From the NCBI GenBank assembly GCA_038874435.1, contig JAVZCK010000001.1, positions 154,255 to 218,254 of the forward strand: a stretch of DNA of 64,000 nucleotides. Reading direction: 5' to 3'. Position 1 is the stretch's first letter, and the number at the start of each line of letters is the position of its first letter. Source of the DNA: Thermoplasmata archaeon. Its GTDB lineage: Archaea > Thermoplasmatota > Thermoplasmata > Lutacidiplasmatales > SKW197. Position numbers and translations under genes: made by a program. Below the pieces are notes generated by a model. The model searched no databases and was not told where the DNA came from. It saw only the letters and a program-made list of their open reading frames with translations. Positions 19,201 through 27,729 of the stretch are shown piece after piece.

Positions 19201-22200
19201 GGCCTGGAAGTGGGAGAATGGTGTTAAGGCAGAGGAAATCCAGAATCCAAACATTGCTCATGGTTTGAGCGATGGTAAAATTGAGTTCAGTGTTGCAGGC
19301 AGTGCTCTTGCTGGCCTCAATAACGACACGAAATTCTACTTTGAGATGACAAACTGGCTTGGCGAAAAAGATGCAAGTGAGTTTGCTTACAGAGCAGGAA
19401 AAATCCAGCGTGAAAACACTATGGCAAATGGCGGGACAAGAGGCACACCACATTCACCGATACATATAATCGGTGATGTTGGGTTTCAAACAGAAGCACA
19501 GTTGAATGGGTGGCCTGGTGATGGAACCCAAGGAAATCCATACATTATAGATGGATATGAAATAGATGGAGGACAAGCACCAGCATTAGGTATGTATGGC
19601 ATCTGGATAGAGAACACGAATGTGTATTTTGTAATAAGAAACTGCACAGTTTACAATGCGACAAATTCTGGCAGTGCACCTTACGGTGCAGGAATTGCAC
19701 TAAACAATGTGAGGAATGGAACAATAGAAAACAACAAGTGCAATAACTCAATATATGGGATTTATCTATATGGGAATTCACGATTCAACATAATAACAAA
19801 TAACAATGCCTCTAGCAACAGCTATGGTGCACATTTGAACTACACAAACAACACCATTTTAACATTCAACACCATTACTAATAATGGAAACTATGGTCTT
19901 TACGTAGCTTCTTATTCCACAAACAACACCATAGCCTACAATAATGTCTCCAGCAACTCTAACTACGGCATTTACATCTACTCCTATTCCACAAACAACA
20001 CCATAGCCTACAATAATGTCTCCAGCAACTCTAACCATGGCATTTACATCTACTCCTATTCAATCAATAACACCATAACAAATAACAATGTATCCAACAA
20101 CTCCAAGGAGGGAATCCGTGTTGAGTCTGGGTGTTCCTACACAAAAATCAGCGGTAACAATGTATCTAGAAATATGGGACACGGAATTTTTGTCTATACG
20201 ATAACCTCATACTGCTCTATAGAGAGAAATACCGTTTTCAATAATAGCTGGACTGGAATATATGTTAATGGGAACGCTGGTGGCTACGGATATATCAATA
20301 TCTCTCGCAATGTTGTCTATTCCAATGGATATGGTGGTTATGACTATCACGGTATCTTTCTATACCAGTGTGTGGCTTGTAATGTGACTGAAAATAAAAT
20401 TTATGCAAATAATAACACCGGAATTTGCATATACTATAATTCTATGGGCCACAACATCACAAGAAATAATGTCTCAGATAATAAAGGAATAGGGATATAC
20501 TTACGTGGTTCACAAACAAATAACAATAAAATCATGTATAATTTATTTTATAACAACTCAGCGGAGGGCGTACTTATTTCAATTAATGCGTATAATAATG
20601 TAATCCACCATAATAGTTTCTGGAAAAACAATGGTTCTGCAACAAGAGGTGTAAATGGAAACCCACAGGCGCGAGATATACAAGATATATCTTTACAAAA
20701 TTACTGGTACGATGCTTCCACATACGAGGGAAATTACTGGAGCAATTGGGATGGAAGTGGATGGGGAACATCTAGTGCATACCCTGTAAATGGAACATGG
20801 AGATACGACATGTATCCAATCTCGATGCCAGTACTCTATCCACTCAACATAACAAGCAACGAGGACTTTGCATTCTATGCTATGCTTTACGGCTGGCCTG
20901 GAAATGGCACGAAACTAAATCCATACATTATTGATGGATACTACATAAACGGTAATGGGACTTTGAACTGCACATACATAGCAAATACAGATGTGTATTT
21001 TGTAATCCGGAACTGCTTGCTGAAGAACGCGAGTTTGAGCGATAGAATTGGTATTTATCTGACAGATGTAAAAAACGGAACTTTATTTAATAATACTATC
21101 AGCAATTGTTGGCGAGGAATCTATTTGTATGATGTCACAGACACGACTATAACTGAGAACAAAATTCCAGGCACATCTGGCAATGTGGGAGTTCGATTGG
21201 AAAATAGTTATGGAAATGTAATTCGGAGGACCCATATCTATGCTGTTTCATCATCAGGAGTTCTTCTATCCAACAGTAGTTTCAATTACCTGTCCGAGAA
21301 CAAAGTGAACAACACAAATTATGGGTTATCCTTATTCTCTTCCTCAAATAACAATATAATAACAAACAACAATCTATCTTATAATTTCTATGGGATTCAG
21401 GTCTCAGCCTCAAGCTATAACAACATCACCTATAACTGGATTTGCAACAGCACAAACTATGGAGTGTATATTGCATCTGGCTCATCAGGGAACTCTATTC
21501 ATCATAACAACTTTATCGGCAACAACGGTGCAGGCAAGGGTGTGAACGGCAACTGCCAGGCGTATGATGATGTTGGCGGGAACTACTGGAATAAAAGTAT
21601 CGGACAGGAAGGCAACTACTGGAGTAACTGGGATGGTACTGGTTGGGGCACTTCAAGTGCCTATCCGATAAACGGCGGTTCTGGTGGTGCGGATTGGTAT
21701 CCATTATCCAACAGAACATTTGCTCCGCTGCATATTGTTGGTAACGAGGAGTTTGTTTTCTATGCAAAACTCTATGGCTGGCCAGGTGCTGGAATTTCGG
21801 CAAATCCATACATCATAGATAGATACTATCTCAATGGTAATGCGACAGGCATTCCTTCATCTTACAACATCTGGATTGAGAACACGAATCTTTACTTTAG
21901 GATTTCTAACTCAACAATAAGAAACGCCACAGACAATATAGCGTCTCCGTACGGTGCTGGAATAGCGTTTATCTCCGTTACAAATGGAGTTGTGGATAAC
22001 AATACAGTTACAAACAATGTTGATGGTATTTACATTAAAATGTCAAATGGACTGAATATAAAAAATAACAATATTTCATTTAATTCGGAAACAGGAATAG
22101 ATATCTATGAGTGCAGTTACCTCACGATCACTGGCAATACAATGTACTATGACGGTATCCATTTAGATGGTGGGCAGGTTAGCCACTGGAATACCCACAT

Positions 22201-25200
22201 GATTCAAACAACTAACACAGTTAATGGAAAACCTATCAGGTATTACAGTAACCAAACTGGCAGTGCTGTAGATACTCTTGCAGGGCAGATAATCCTGGCA
22301 AACTGTATAGCGATGACAGTCAATGGTGTAGCAATTAATAATACCACCACTGCACTTCTCATCGGTTTTTCAAGGAATACGACAATCACAAACAATAACT
22401 TTTCGGATTGCAGATTCTGTGCAATTTTTATGCGAAATACAGAAAATGATACCATAAAATCAAATGTTCTTCTTAGAAATACCCATTATGGAGTATATTC
22501 AAATTCCGCCAACAATACGGAGATGGAATGGAATCTGGTCTCAGACAATGTGGATTACGGAATTTGTATCGTGTATTTCACATATGGAAGAATATCCAAT
22601 AATACTGTGCTCAGAAACAATTATGGAGGTATGGCACTCTTCTATGGTGGGAATAACACATTGCTGAATAACAACATTTCTCAGAATTACCTAGGCCTCA
22701 TTATAAGTAATAGCGGCTCAAACACAGTTACTTATAACACCTTCAGAACCAACATGAATTATGCAGTTCAAATTTATTCTGGATGTACTAACAATGTTCT
22801 GCATCACAACAATTTCTTCCAGAACAGAGGAGCGACTAAGGGAAATTCAGGTTTGAGTCAGGCCTATGATATCTCTGGGGCAAGCACATGGTATACTGGA
22901 TATCAGGGCAACTACTGGAGCAACTGGGATGGACATAACTGGAGCAGCTCAAATGCCTATCCTATTGATGGTGGAGTCGCTGCAGATTTCTTCCCATTGA
23001 AGCTGCCGACCAGGTTGCCAATAAGGATAAACAGCAATGCTGATTTTACACCTGCAAACGGGGTTAAAAGTGGAACTGGCTCACCCTGGGACCCCTACAT
23101 TATCTCCGACTGGGAGATTGACGGCACAGGCTATGGCTCCTGTATCTATATTGGGAACACAACCGCCTATTTCGTTATCAAGAACTGCTATCTCCACAAT
23201 GCAACAGGAAATGGTAATCTGTATTATGATAATGCCGCTGTTCAGCTGCGAAATGTGAAAAATGGAACTGTGAAAGAGAGCGTAATTTTAAACTCAACAA
23301 TCGGTGTTTACATTTGTCAAAATTCTGCTGGAATCACAGTACATAACAACACGATTTCTAATGGTGGTGATTTTGGTCAGGGTGTTTACATACAATCTTC
23401 AAGCAACAACACAATCACAAATAACACAATTTTTGACAATTACAACGGCATTTATATTGCATATTCTCCAAACAACACTATTGAAAACAACACAATTTAC
23501 AGTAATGGACAACATGGAATTTACATATATGATGCAGATAACAACACAATCCAACGAAACAATATTCATCATAACACCCAAGCTGGAATATACTCAAACT
23601 ATGGTGATAGCAATGTTATTCTCTTCAATGAAATCCATGAAAATAATGACGGTGTAAACTTAACCCACTCCACGTTCAACATTGTATCTGAGAACAATAT
23701 GTCAAACAACTTTGGATACGGGCTGTACATCTATGATTCAAACAATAATGTGATAAAGTATAACAAAATTCATAGTTGTGGCGAAGGAATCTTAATTGAT
23801 ACGTCGGATAGTATAACAATATTCCACAACAACATTTCCCAATCAGGCACTCATGGTCTCAGGTTTGCATATTCTTCAACTGGAACTATAGTTTTCTACA
23901 ACATTTTCTATGCCAACACAAATTTCGGCGTTTGTATTGCTGATGGAGCCACTGCCATCACAATTCATCACAACAGCTTCATAATGAACAACGGTGCAGG
24001 CAAGGGCGTTGTCGGTAATAATCAGGCATACGATGAGGTGGGCGGCAACTCTTGGTATGACGATACCGCGCAAGAAGGAAATTACTGGAGTAATTGGGAT
24101 GGCAAGGATTGGGGGACTTCAGACGCTTACTGGATTGGTGGTTATGAAACCTCTGACCACTATCCACTCTCCAAGCCAGTTCTTCCTCCACTTCACATCA
24201 ATGGAAATGCAGAGTTTGCCTATTACGCTGCGTTTTATGGTTGGGATGGCAATGGCACACCAAGTAATCCCTACAGAATAAGCAAGTACTACATAAATGG
24301 AGAGGGATTTGCATATTGCATATGGATAGAGAATACCACAGTGTATTTTAATGTTACAGATTGTGATTTACGAAACGCATCGCTAATTGATGACGACCCG
24401 CATGGCGCCGGGATTGCAATTTACAATGGTTCAAATGGTACAATTGGTTGGAATAATATAGCGAATAACTGGGTAGGTGTATTCCTCAACAATGCTTTGA
24501 ATTGCAGCATTGTTGAAAATAATTTGACGCACAACGGAATTGCAATTTTTGGTGATGCAGTTGAAGCATGGACTTCGCATGAAATTGATACTACCAACAT
24601 TGTGAACGGACAGCCAGTCTATTATTACAAGGATAGAGATTGGATTACAGTGCCGGAAGACGCAGGCCAGGTACTGATAGCGAATTGTACGAACATTATC
24701 GTGGCCAATATAACTACAGGAAATGCCACAATGGGTGTGGAGGCGGGTTTCAGCAGTGGGCTCAAGATAATGAACATGAGTTCATATTATAATCTGTTTG
24801 GAGCAATGATTGTGGGTTGTGATGACACCCAAATTACGAATTCTACTTTTGATACATCTTATGTATCCGGTGTTGAAATTCAATTCAGCACAAATGTTGT
24901 GATAGAGGAGAATGAGTTTAGTGCTACATTTCCTTTTGGCGACAAAGGAATCGGAGCATACCATTCTCTTGGTCTTCTAATAACAAGGAACGAAATTAAC
25001 AACATTCGTATAGGTATCCTATTTGAGACCTGTCCTCTCTCTCAGATAACTCAGAATGTGATAAATTATCGTGGAGAAAACTGGAATGATGCAGGCGTCA
25101 GAATATACAACTCCTCGTATGCATTTGTAGCTCAAAATCAGATAACCAGCATAATGGGAGATGGGTGCGGCATTTTCCTTGAGGCGACTGACAATGATAC

Positions 25201-27598
25201 TATTTCCAACAACGATATATCTGGTAACCCATCTGGATTTTCTGGTTCTGGGATCATTGTGGAATACTCGAAGAGCATTCGACTCTCAGAAAACATTGTT
25301 TACAATCATTTGCAGTATGCAATTTACATCACTGCATCCACCAGATGCGATGTGAGAGATAACAATATTTATAGTAGTTATTATGGTATCTTCGTTTATT
25401 CAGCGAATAGTAACAATGTTACATACAACGAGGTGATCGGGAACAATTATGGGATTCAGATCTCAAATGCCAATAACAACAATATCACATACAATAGCGT
25501 GACTTCCAATTCGGTCTATGGTATTGGTTTAGCATCTGCCTCTAGTAATAAGATTTTCCATAATGCGATTGCCCAGAACAATATCGGAATGTACATCTTT
25601 TCTTCCTCAACAAACAACAACATTACATACAATAATTTCAGTTGGAACATAGGTTATGGAATTAGTATTGTTCAAGGTTCATCTTCCAACATAATTCATT
25701 ACAACACCTTTATCGCAAACAACGGAGCTACTAGAGACGCTAATGGCAACCGCCAGGCAAAAGATGATGTGGGTGGAAATTCCTGGTACAATGGCACAAA
25801 CCAGAAAGGCAATTACTGGAGTAACTGGGATGGGGATGGCTGGGGCACAGCAAGTGCCTACCCGATTGATGGTATGGCGGGGGCAAGCGACTGGTATCCA
25901 CTCTCAGAACCGGCAATGCCAAAGCTTCCACGCCTTCATATTATAGGGAATGCAAACTTCAGTTACTTTGCGTCTATCTATGGATGGCTAGGGAATGGGG
26001 CAGCATGGGACCCCTACATAATTGACGGTTACGAAATAGACGGCGAAGGAGATTCTTACAGCATATGGATAGAGAACACGAATGTATATTTCATAATCCA
26101 GAACTGTAAAGTTTGGAATGCTACGAATATGAGTGCCAATCCGGGTGGCTCAGGAATGGCACTCTGGAATGTGTCAAATGGCACGATATACAACAACGCA
26201 GTGATACAGAATGCCAACGGCATTTATTTGAGCGTTTGCCACGGCAGTAACTTGATTGTAGGCAACAATGTACGAACAAACTCCGATGTAGGCATATCGG
26301 TTGATACCTGTGAGGATATTAGCATATATAGTAATGTTGTGGAATCAAACAATATAGGAATAAGTTTAGTATATTCATCATCCTGCACAATTTATGACAA
26401 TCATGTTACAGGAAATAATGGTAACGGAATTTATCTCTATGATACATCTACCTACAACTATGTTGGATATAACATAATAAACAGTAATAATAACCATGGA
26501 ATATATCTAAAAGAGGGCTGTGACTACAACATTATTGAGTATAATGATGTGGGCTCAAATTCTAATGGTATCTGTTTGGACCAGTCAAACTACAACACGA
26601 TTACAAACAATACAGTCGCAGGTAACGATGGTGGCATCTATTTGTCCTCCTCAAGCTACAACACAATAACAAACAATAATGTTATTAACAACAACCACGA
26701 TGGCATTCAGTTGGTTTCATCAAGCAATAATAACAACATAACAAACAACAATGCCTCTGAGAATCTTGCTCGTGGTATCTATTTAAATTCATCAAACTAT
26801 AACAAACTAACGGATAACACTGTCTCTGACAATTTGCAGTATGGCATCTTTTTGCAATCTTCAACTAACAACAACATAACAAACAACAATGCAGCAAATA
26901 ATAGTTATGGCATATATTTAGAGCAATCAAGTGCCAATATTCTCTCGGGCAACACTGTACATGGGAACGCATGGTATGGTATAATCATTCATGCTTCGAG
27001 CAATTACAATGTTGTTAAGAACAACAATGTTTCAAGTAACATAGGTTATGGGATTTCTCTATGGAATTTTTGCGGTTACAATAACATTTCTGAGAATTTT
27101 GTGGTCGGTAACAACGGTGTTGGAATTGGAATATACTATTCAAGCTATAATGACATCTACCTGAACAATGTTTCTGAGGGAAATGAGGATGGAATTCGTC
27201 TTTGGGCCTCCAGCAATAACAATAACATCACATACAACACACTTTACCACAACACAAATTATGGAATTAACATCACAGACAGCTCAACTGGGAACTACAT
27301 CTATCACAACTACTTCATCGGCAACAACGGTGCTGGTAAAGGTGTGTCAGGGAGCTGCCAGGCATACGACGAGGTTGGTGGAAACATATGGTATAACGGG
27401 ACCCTGCTGGAAGGCAATCAATGGAGTAACTGGGATGGTAACGGTTGGGGTACATCAAATGCCTATCCTATTGATGGTGGTGCCGGTGCAAGTGACTGGT
27501 ATCCACTTGGAGGGCCTGTGAACGAACTCTCTGTCCTACCAATTTTCGGCATTGTTATCCTAGGTATCTTGCTAATGAACTGTCGGAGAAGAAAGTGA
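16292..27598 (+). CDS. Giant (3768 aa) modular membrane protein. Cytoplasmic degenerate KaiC-like domain plus DUF835-like domain plus 'TNGL' motifs, one TM helix, then two 'DGxFxDWQG' domains and six right-handed parallel beta-helix (PbH1/NosD-like) supermodules, ending in a C-terminal TM anchor
   Basis: Single uninterrupted ORF. TM helix at ~17927-17996. C-terminal TM at 27535-27585 followed by RRRK. Six N-cap motifs 'NPYIIDGYxIxG...WIENTxVYFVIRNC' and six C-cap motifs 'HHNxFIxNNGAGKGVxGNxQAYDxVGGNxWY...EGNYWSNWDGxGWGTSxAYPIDGG..DWYPL'. True start may be 16313. Confidence 0.8.
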   Translation: MYTGGKKMDARKIEIEGINKLVEEGIPADYMLLLQTDEGLETDLLVRQYIKEALTKGEICIAVLSESSPDDFKKLMSAIGINAETHEKNGTLYIVDWYSFRNERIIGVEEKGAIYKCSKSLTNVEIAISKILKKIEGKKFRVYSDILSNAIKVFGFETAFKFSQGLTARIKKYNGGALFKISKTMHEQKVISAFHSHFNGVLDIEHRREEERVVARIGIISLDNLFYETSYKKLGVSKTKGIIIMDEEEMKAKPKPVVKKVVKEEVAEEETAEEEGGEKIEEMKGSSVLIYEEDPKHIYKLYRQFLSEGMPGLCVSTTFPAKLKKLHKFDSEVLWISESSEKGAVKPGRMEFELMREVGNFLKNNKEGVLVLDCIETLILENGFDKVVKFLKKIGDMAAVNGNTVLAVINDKSMEQEKLYVLSKSFDMKITREELEKEAKKPKPVEVKPEVVPGAKEEVVSAEEEKPVVAPAVEKEEVKVEKEPEAVKEEKALVGREAFTNGLKKSVTAREAYTNGLGKRKPGYVNGLKKPGMRQRPAKVSRVKQVVVGLVVVVIAISVFAFWLFTIPSEKIKVDGNIDDWQGLAVYKDSEDFANPDIKITEYSIYYSNEKCYFYVKVAGTAFNGANSGYDTLVLFIDKDRNPNTGYRVENIGADAKIEISGFNGNIHTSSVAVFKEGSTSIKPELNYSAWESVGGVVVEKSGNIVEGSAKITGMTEPIGLVAMRHYEGSVYAEKRGMALVSKTEGSLVVYQNFIGNDVVYADADVLELRLIAKGKDVHVESISVANANVSLPKKDIAVNEEVVVSCKAKSLTNGKAFEFGVQSVDTNVPYRIVGNGGKAYFGSLPSGIVIDGAFGDWQGVEKGSDVSGDASQNIDLREYASAIASNAYFYMAVDGTMLAGCEIPVLGARPPVQPGPPTPVVIKENLGTDVARVYIDLMNSTINTFNPAMISHGYLIELQGRNGQVVSARAWKWENGVKAEEIQNPNIAHGLSDGKIEFSVAGSALAGLNNDTKFYFEMTNWLGEKDASEFAYRAGKIQRENTMANGGTRGTPHSPIHIIGDVGFQTEAQLNGWPGDGTQGNPYIIDGYEIDGGQAPALGMYGIWIENTNVYFVIRNCTVYNATNSGSAPYGAGIALNNVRNGTIENNKCNNSIYGIYLYGNSRFNIITNNNASSNSYGAHLNYTNNTILTFNTITNNGNYGLYVASYSTNNTIAYNNVSSNSNYGIYIYSYSTNNTIAYNNVSSNSNHGIYIYSYSINNTITNNNVSNNSKEGIRVESGCSYTKISGNNVSRNMGHGIFVYTITSYCSIERNTVFNNSWTGIYVNGNAGGYGYINISRNVVYSNGYGGYDYHGIFLYQCVACNVTENKIYANNNTGICIYYNSMGHNITRNNVSDNKGIGIYLRGSQTNNNKIMYNLFYNNSAEGVLISINAYNNVIHHNSFWKNNGSATRGVNGNPQARDIQDISLQNYWYDASTYEGNYWSNWDGSGWGTSSAYPVNGTWRYDMYPISMPVLYPLNITSNEDFAFYAMLYGWPGNGTKLNPYIIDGYYINGNGTLNCTYIANTDVYFVIRNCLLKNASLSDRIGIYLTDVKNGTLFNNTISNCWRGIYLYDVTDTTITENKIPGTSGNVGVRLENSYGNVIRRTHIYAVSSSGVLLSNSSFNYLSENKVNNTNYGLSLFSSSNNNIITNNNLSYNFYGIQVSASSYNNITYNWICNSTNYGVYIASGSSGNSIHHNNFIGNNGAGKGVNGNCQAYDDVGGNYWNKSIGQEGNYWSNWDGTGWGTSSAYPINGGSGGADWYPLSNRTFAPLHIVGNEEFVFYAKLYGWPGAGISANPYIIDRYYLNGNATGIPSSYNIWIENTNLYFRISNSTIRNATDNIASPYGAGIAFISVTNGVVDNNTVTNNVDGIYIKMSNGLNIKNNNISFNSETGIDIYECSYLTITGNTMYYDGIHLDGGQVSHWNTHMIQTTNTVNGKPIRYYSNQTGSAVDTLAGQIILANCIAMTVNGVAINNTTTALLIGFSRNTTITNNNFSDCRFCAIFMRNTENDTIKSNVLLRNTHYGVYSNSANNTEMEWNLVSDNVDYGICIVYFTYGRISNNTVLRNNYGGMALFYGGNNTLLNNNISQNYLGLIISNSGSNTVTYNTFRTNMNYAVQIYSGCTNNVLHHNNFFQNRGATKGNSGLSQAYDISGASTWYTGYQGNYWSNWDGHNWSSSNAYPIDGGVAADFFPLKLPTRLPIRINSNADFTPANGVKSGTGSPWDPYIISDWEIDGTGYGSCIYIGNTTAYFVIKNCYLHNATGNGNLYYDNAAVQLRNVKNGTVKESVILNSTIGVYICQNSAGITVHNNTISNGGDFGQGVYIQSSSNNTITNNTIFDNYNGIYIAYSPNNTIENNTIYSNGQHGIYIYDADNNTIQRNNIHHNTQAGIYSNYGDSNVILFNEIHENNDGVNLTHSTFNIVSENNMSNNFGYGLYIYDSNNNVIKYNKIHSCGEGILIDTSDSITIFHNNISQSGTHGLRFAYSSTGTIVFYNIFYANTNFGVCIADGATAITIHHNSFIMNNGAGKGVVGNNQAYDEVGGNSWYDDTAQEGNYWSNWDGKDWGTSDAYWIGGYETSDHYPLSKPVLPPLHINGNAEFAYYAAFYGWDGNGTPSNPYRISKYYINGEGFAYCIWIENTTVYFNVTDCDLRNASLIDDDPHGAGIAIYNGSNGTIGWNNIANNWVGVFLNNALNCSIVENNLTHNGIAIFGDAVEAWTSHEIDTTNIVNGQPVYYYKDRDWITVPEDAGQVLIANCTNIIVANITTGNATMGVEAGFSSGLKIMNMSSYYNLFGAMIVGCDDTQITNSTFDTSYVSGVEIQFSTNVVIEENEFSATFPFGDKGIGAYHSLGLLITRNEINNIRIGILFETCPLSQITQNVINYRGENWNDAGVRIYNSSYAFVAQNQITSIMGDGCGIFLEATDNDTISNNDISGNPSGFSGSGIIVEYSKSIRLSENIVYNHLQYAIYITASTRCDVRDNNIYSSYYGIFVYSANSNNVTYNEVIGNNYGIQISNANNNNITYNSVTSNSVYGIGLASASSNKIFHNAIAQNNIGMYIFSSSTNNNITYNNFSWNIGYGISIVQGSSSNIIHYNTFIANNGATRDANGNRQAKDDVGGNSWYNGTNQKGNYWSNWDGDGWGTASAYPIDGMAGASDWYPLSEPAMPKLPRLHIIGNANFSYFASIYGWLGNGAAWDPYIIDGYEIDGEGDSYSIWIENTNVYFIIQNCKVWNATNMSANPGGSGMALWNVSNGTIYNNAVIQNANGIYLSVCHGSNLIVGNNVRTNSDVGISVDTCEDISIYSNVVESNNIGISLVYSSSCTIYDNHVTGNNGNGIYLYDTSTYNYVGYNIINSNNNHGIYLKEGCDYNIIEYNDVGSNSNGICLDQSNYNTITNNTVAGNDGGIYLSSSSYNTITNNNVINNNHDGIQLVSSSNNNNITNNNASENLARGIYLNSSNYNKLTDNTVSDNLQYGIFLQSSTNNNITNNNAANNSYGIYLEQSSANILSGNTVHGNAWYGIIIHASSNYNVVKNNNVSSNIGYGISLWNFCGYNNISENFVVGNNGVGIGIYYSSYNDIYLNNVSEGNEDGIRLWASSNNNNITYNTLYHNTNYGINITDSSTGNYIYHNYFIGNNGAGKGVSGSCQAYDEVGGNIWYNGTLLEGNQWSNWDGNGWGTSNAYPIDGGAGASDWYPLGGPVNELSVLPIFGIVILGILLMNCRRRK
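19913..20056 (+). repeat. Two nearly identical tandem 72-bp units (24-aa beta-helix rungs 'YSTNNTIAYNNVSSNSN[Y/H]GIYIYS') inside the giant gene
   Basis: Units 19913-19984 and 19985-20056 differ at ~2 positions (aactacggc vs aaccatggc). A diverged third unit follows. Confidence 0.85.
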
Positions 27599-27625
27599 TT
27601 TTTCTATTTCTCTCTATTTTTCGAC
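27596..27625 (+). terminator. T-rich tract downstream of the giant gene (archaeal-style terminator candidate)
   Basis: 'tgatttttctatttctctctatttttcg' lies immediately after the stop. Confidence 0.3.
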
Positions 27626-27690
27626 ATATGGTTGGTTTCATTAACAATCAGTTTCAAGTTAATCTTTTGTGGAAGGATAGATAAGATAAT

Positions 27691-27705
27691 AAAAAAATTT
27701 TATAT
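27691..27705 (+). promoter_or_regulatory. A-rich stretch plus TATA box (aaaaaaa tttatata) ~25 nt upstream of the 27730 ATG, implying a leaderless or near-leaderless transcript
   Basis: Canonical archaeal spacing between the TATA box and the start codon, with no SD. Confidence 0.5.
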
Positions 27706-27729
27706 ACCATCTCCTCTTCATTTGCGATT

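Noticed and set aside
27535-27598. C-terminal helix plus basic tail read as a PGF-CTERM/archaeosortase sorting signal ('PIFG').
   Set aside because: The second giant protein and the 835-aa protein lack any PGF, PEF or VPXXXP motif in the equivalent position. A plain C-terminal TM anchor is the simpler reading. Left as a hypothesis to test.
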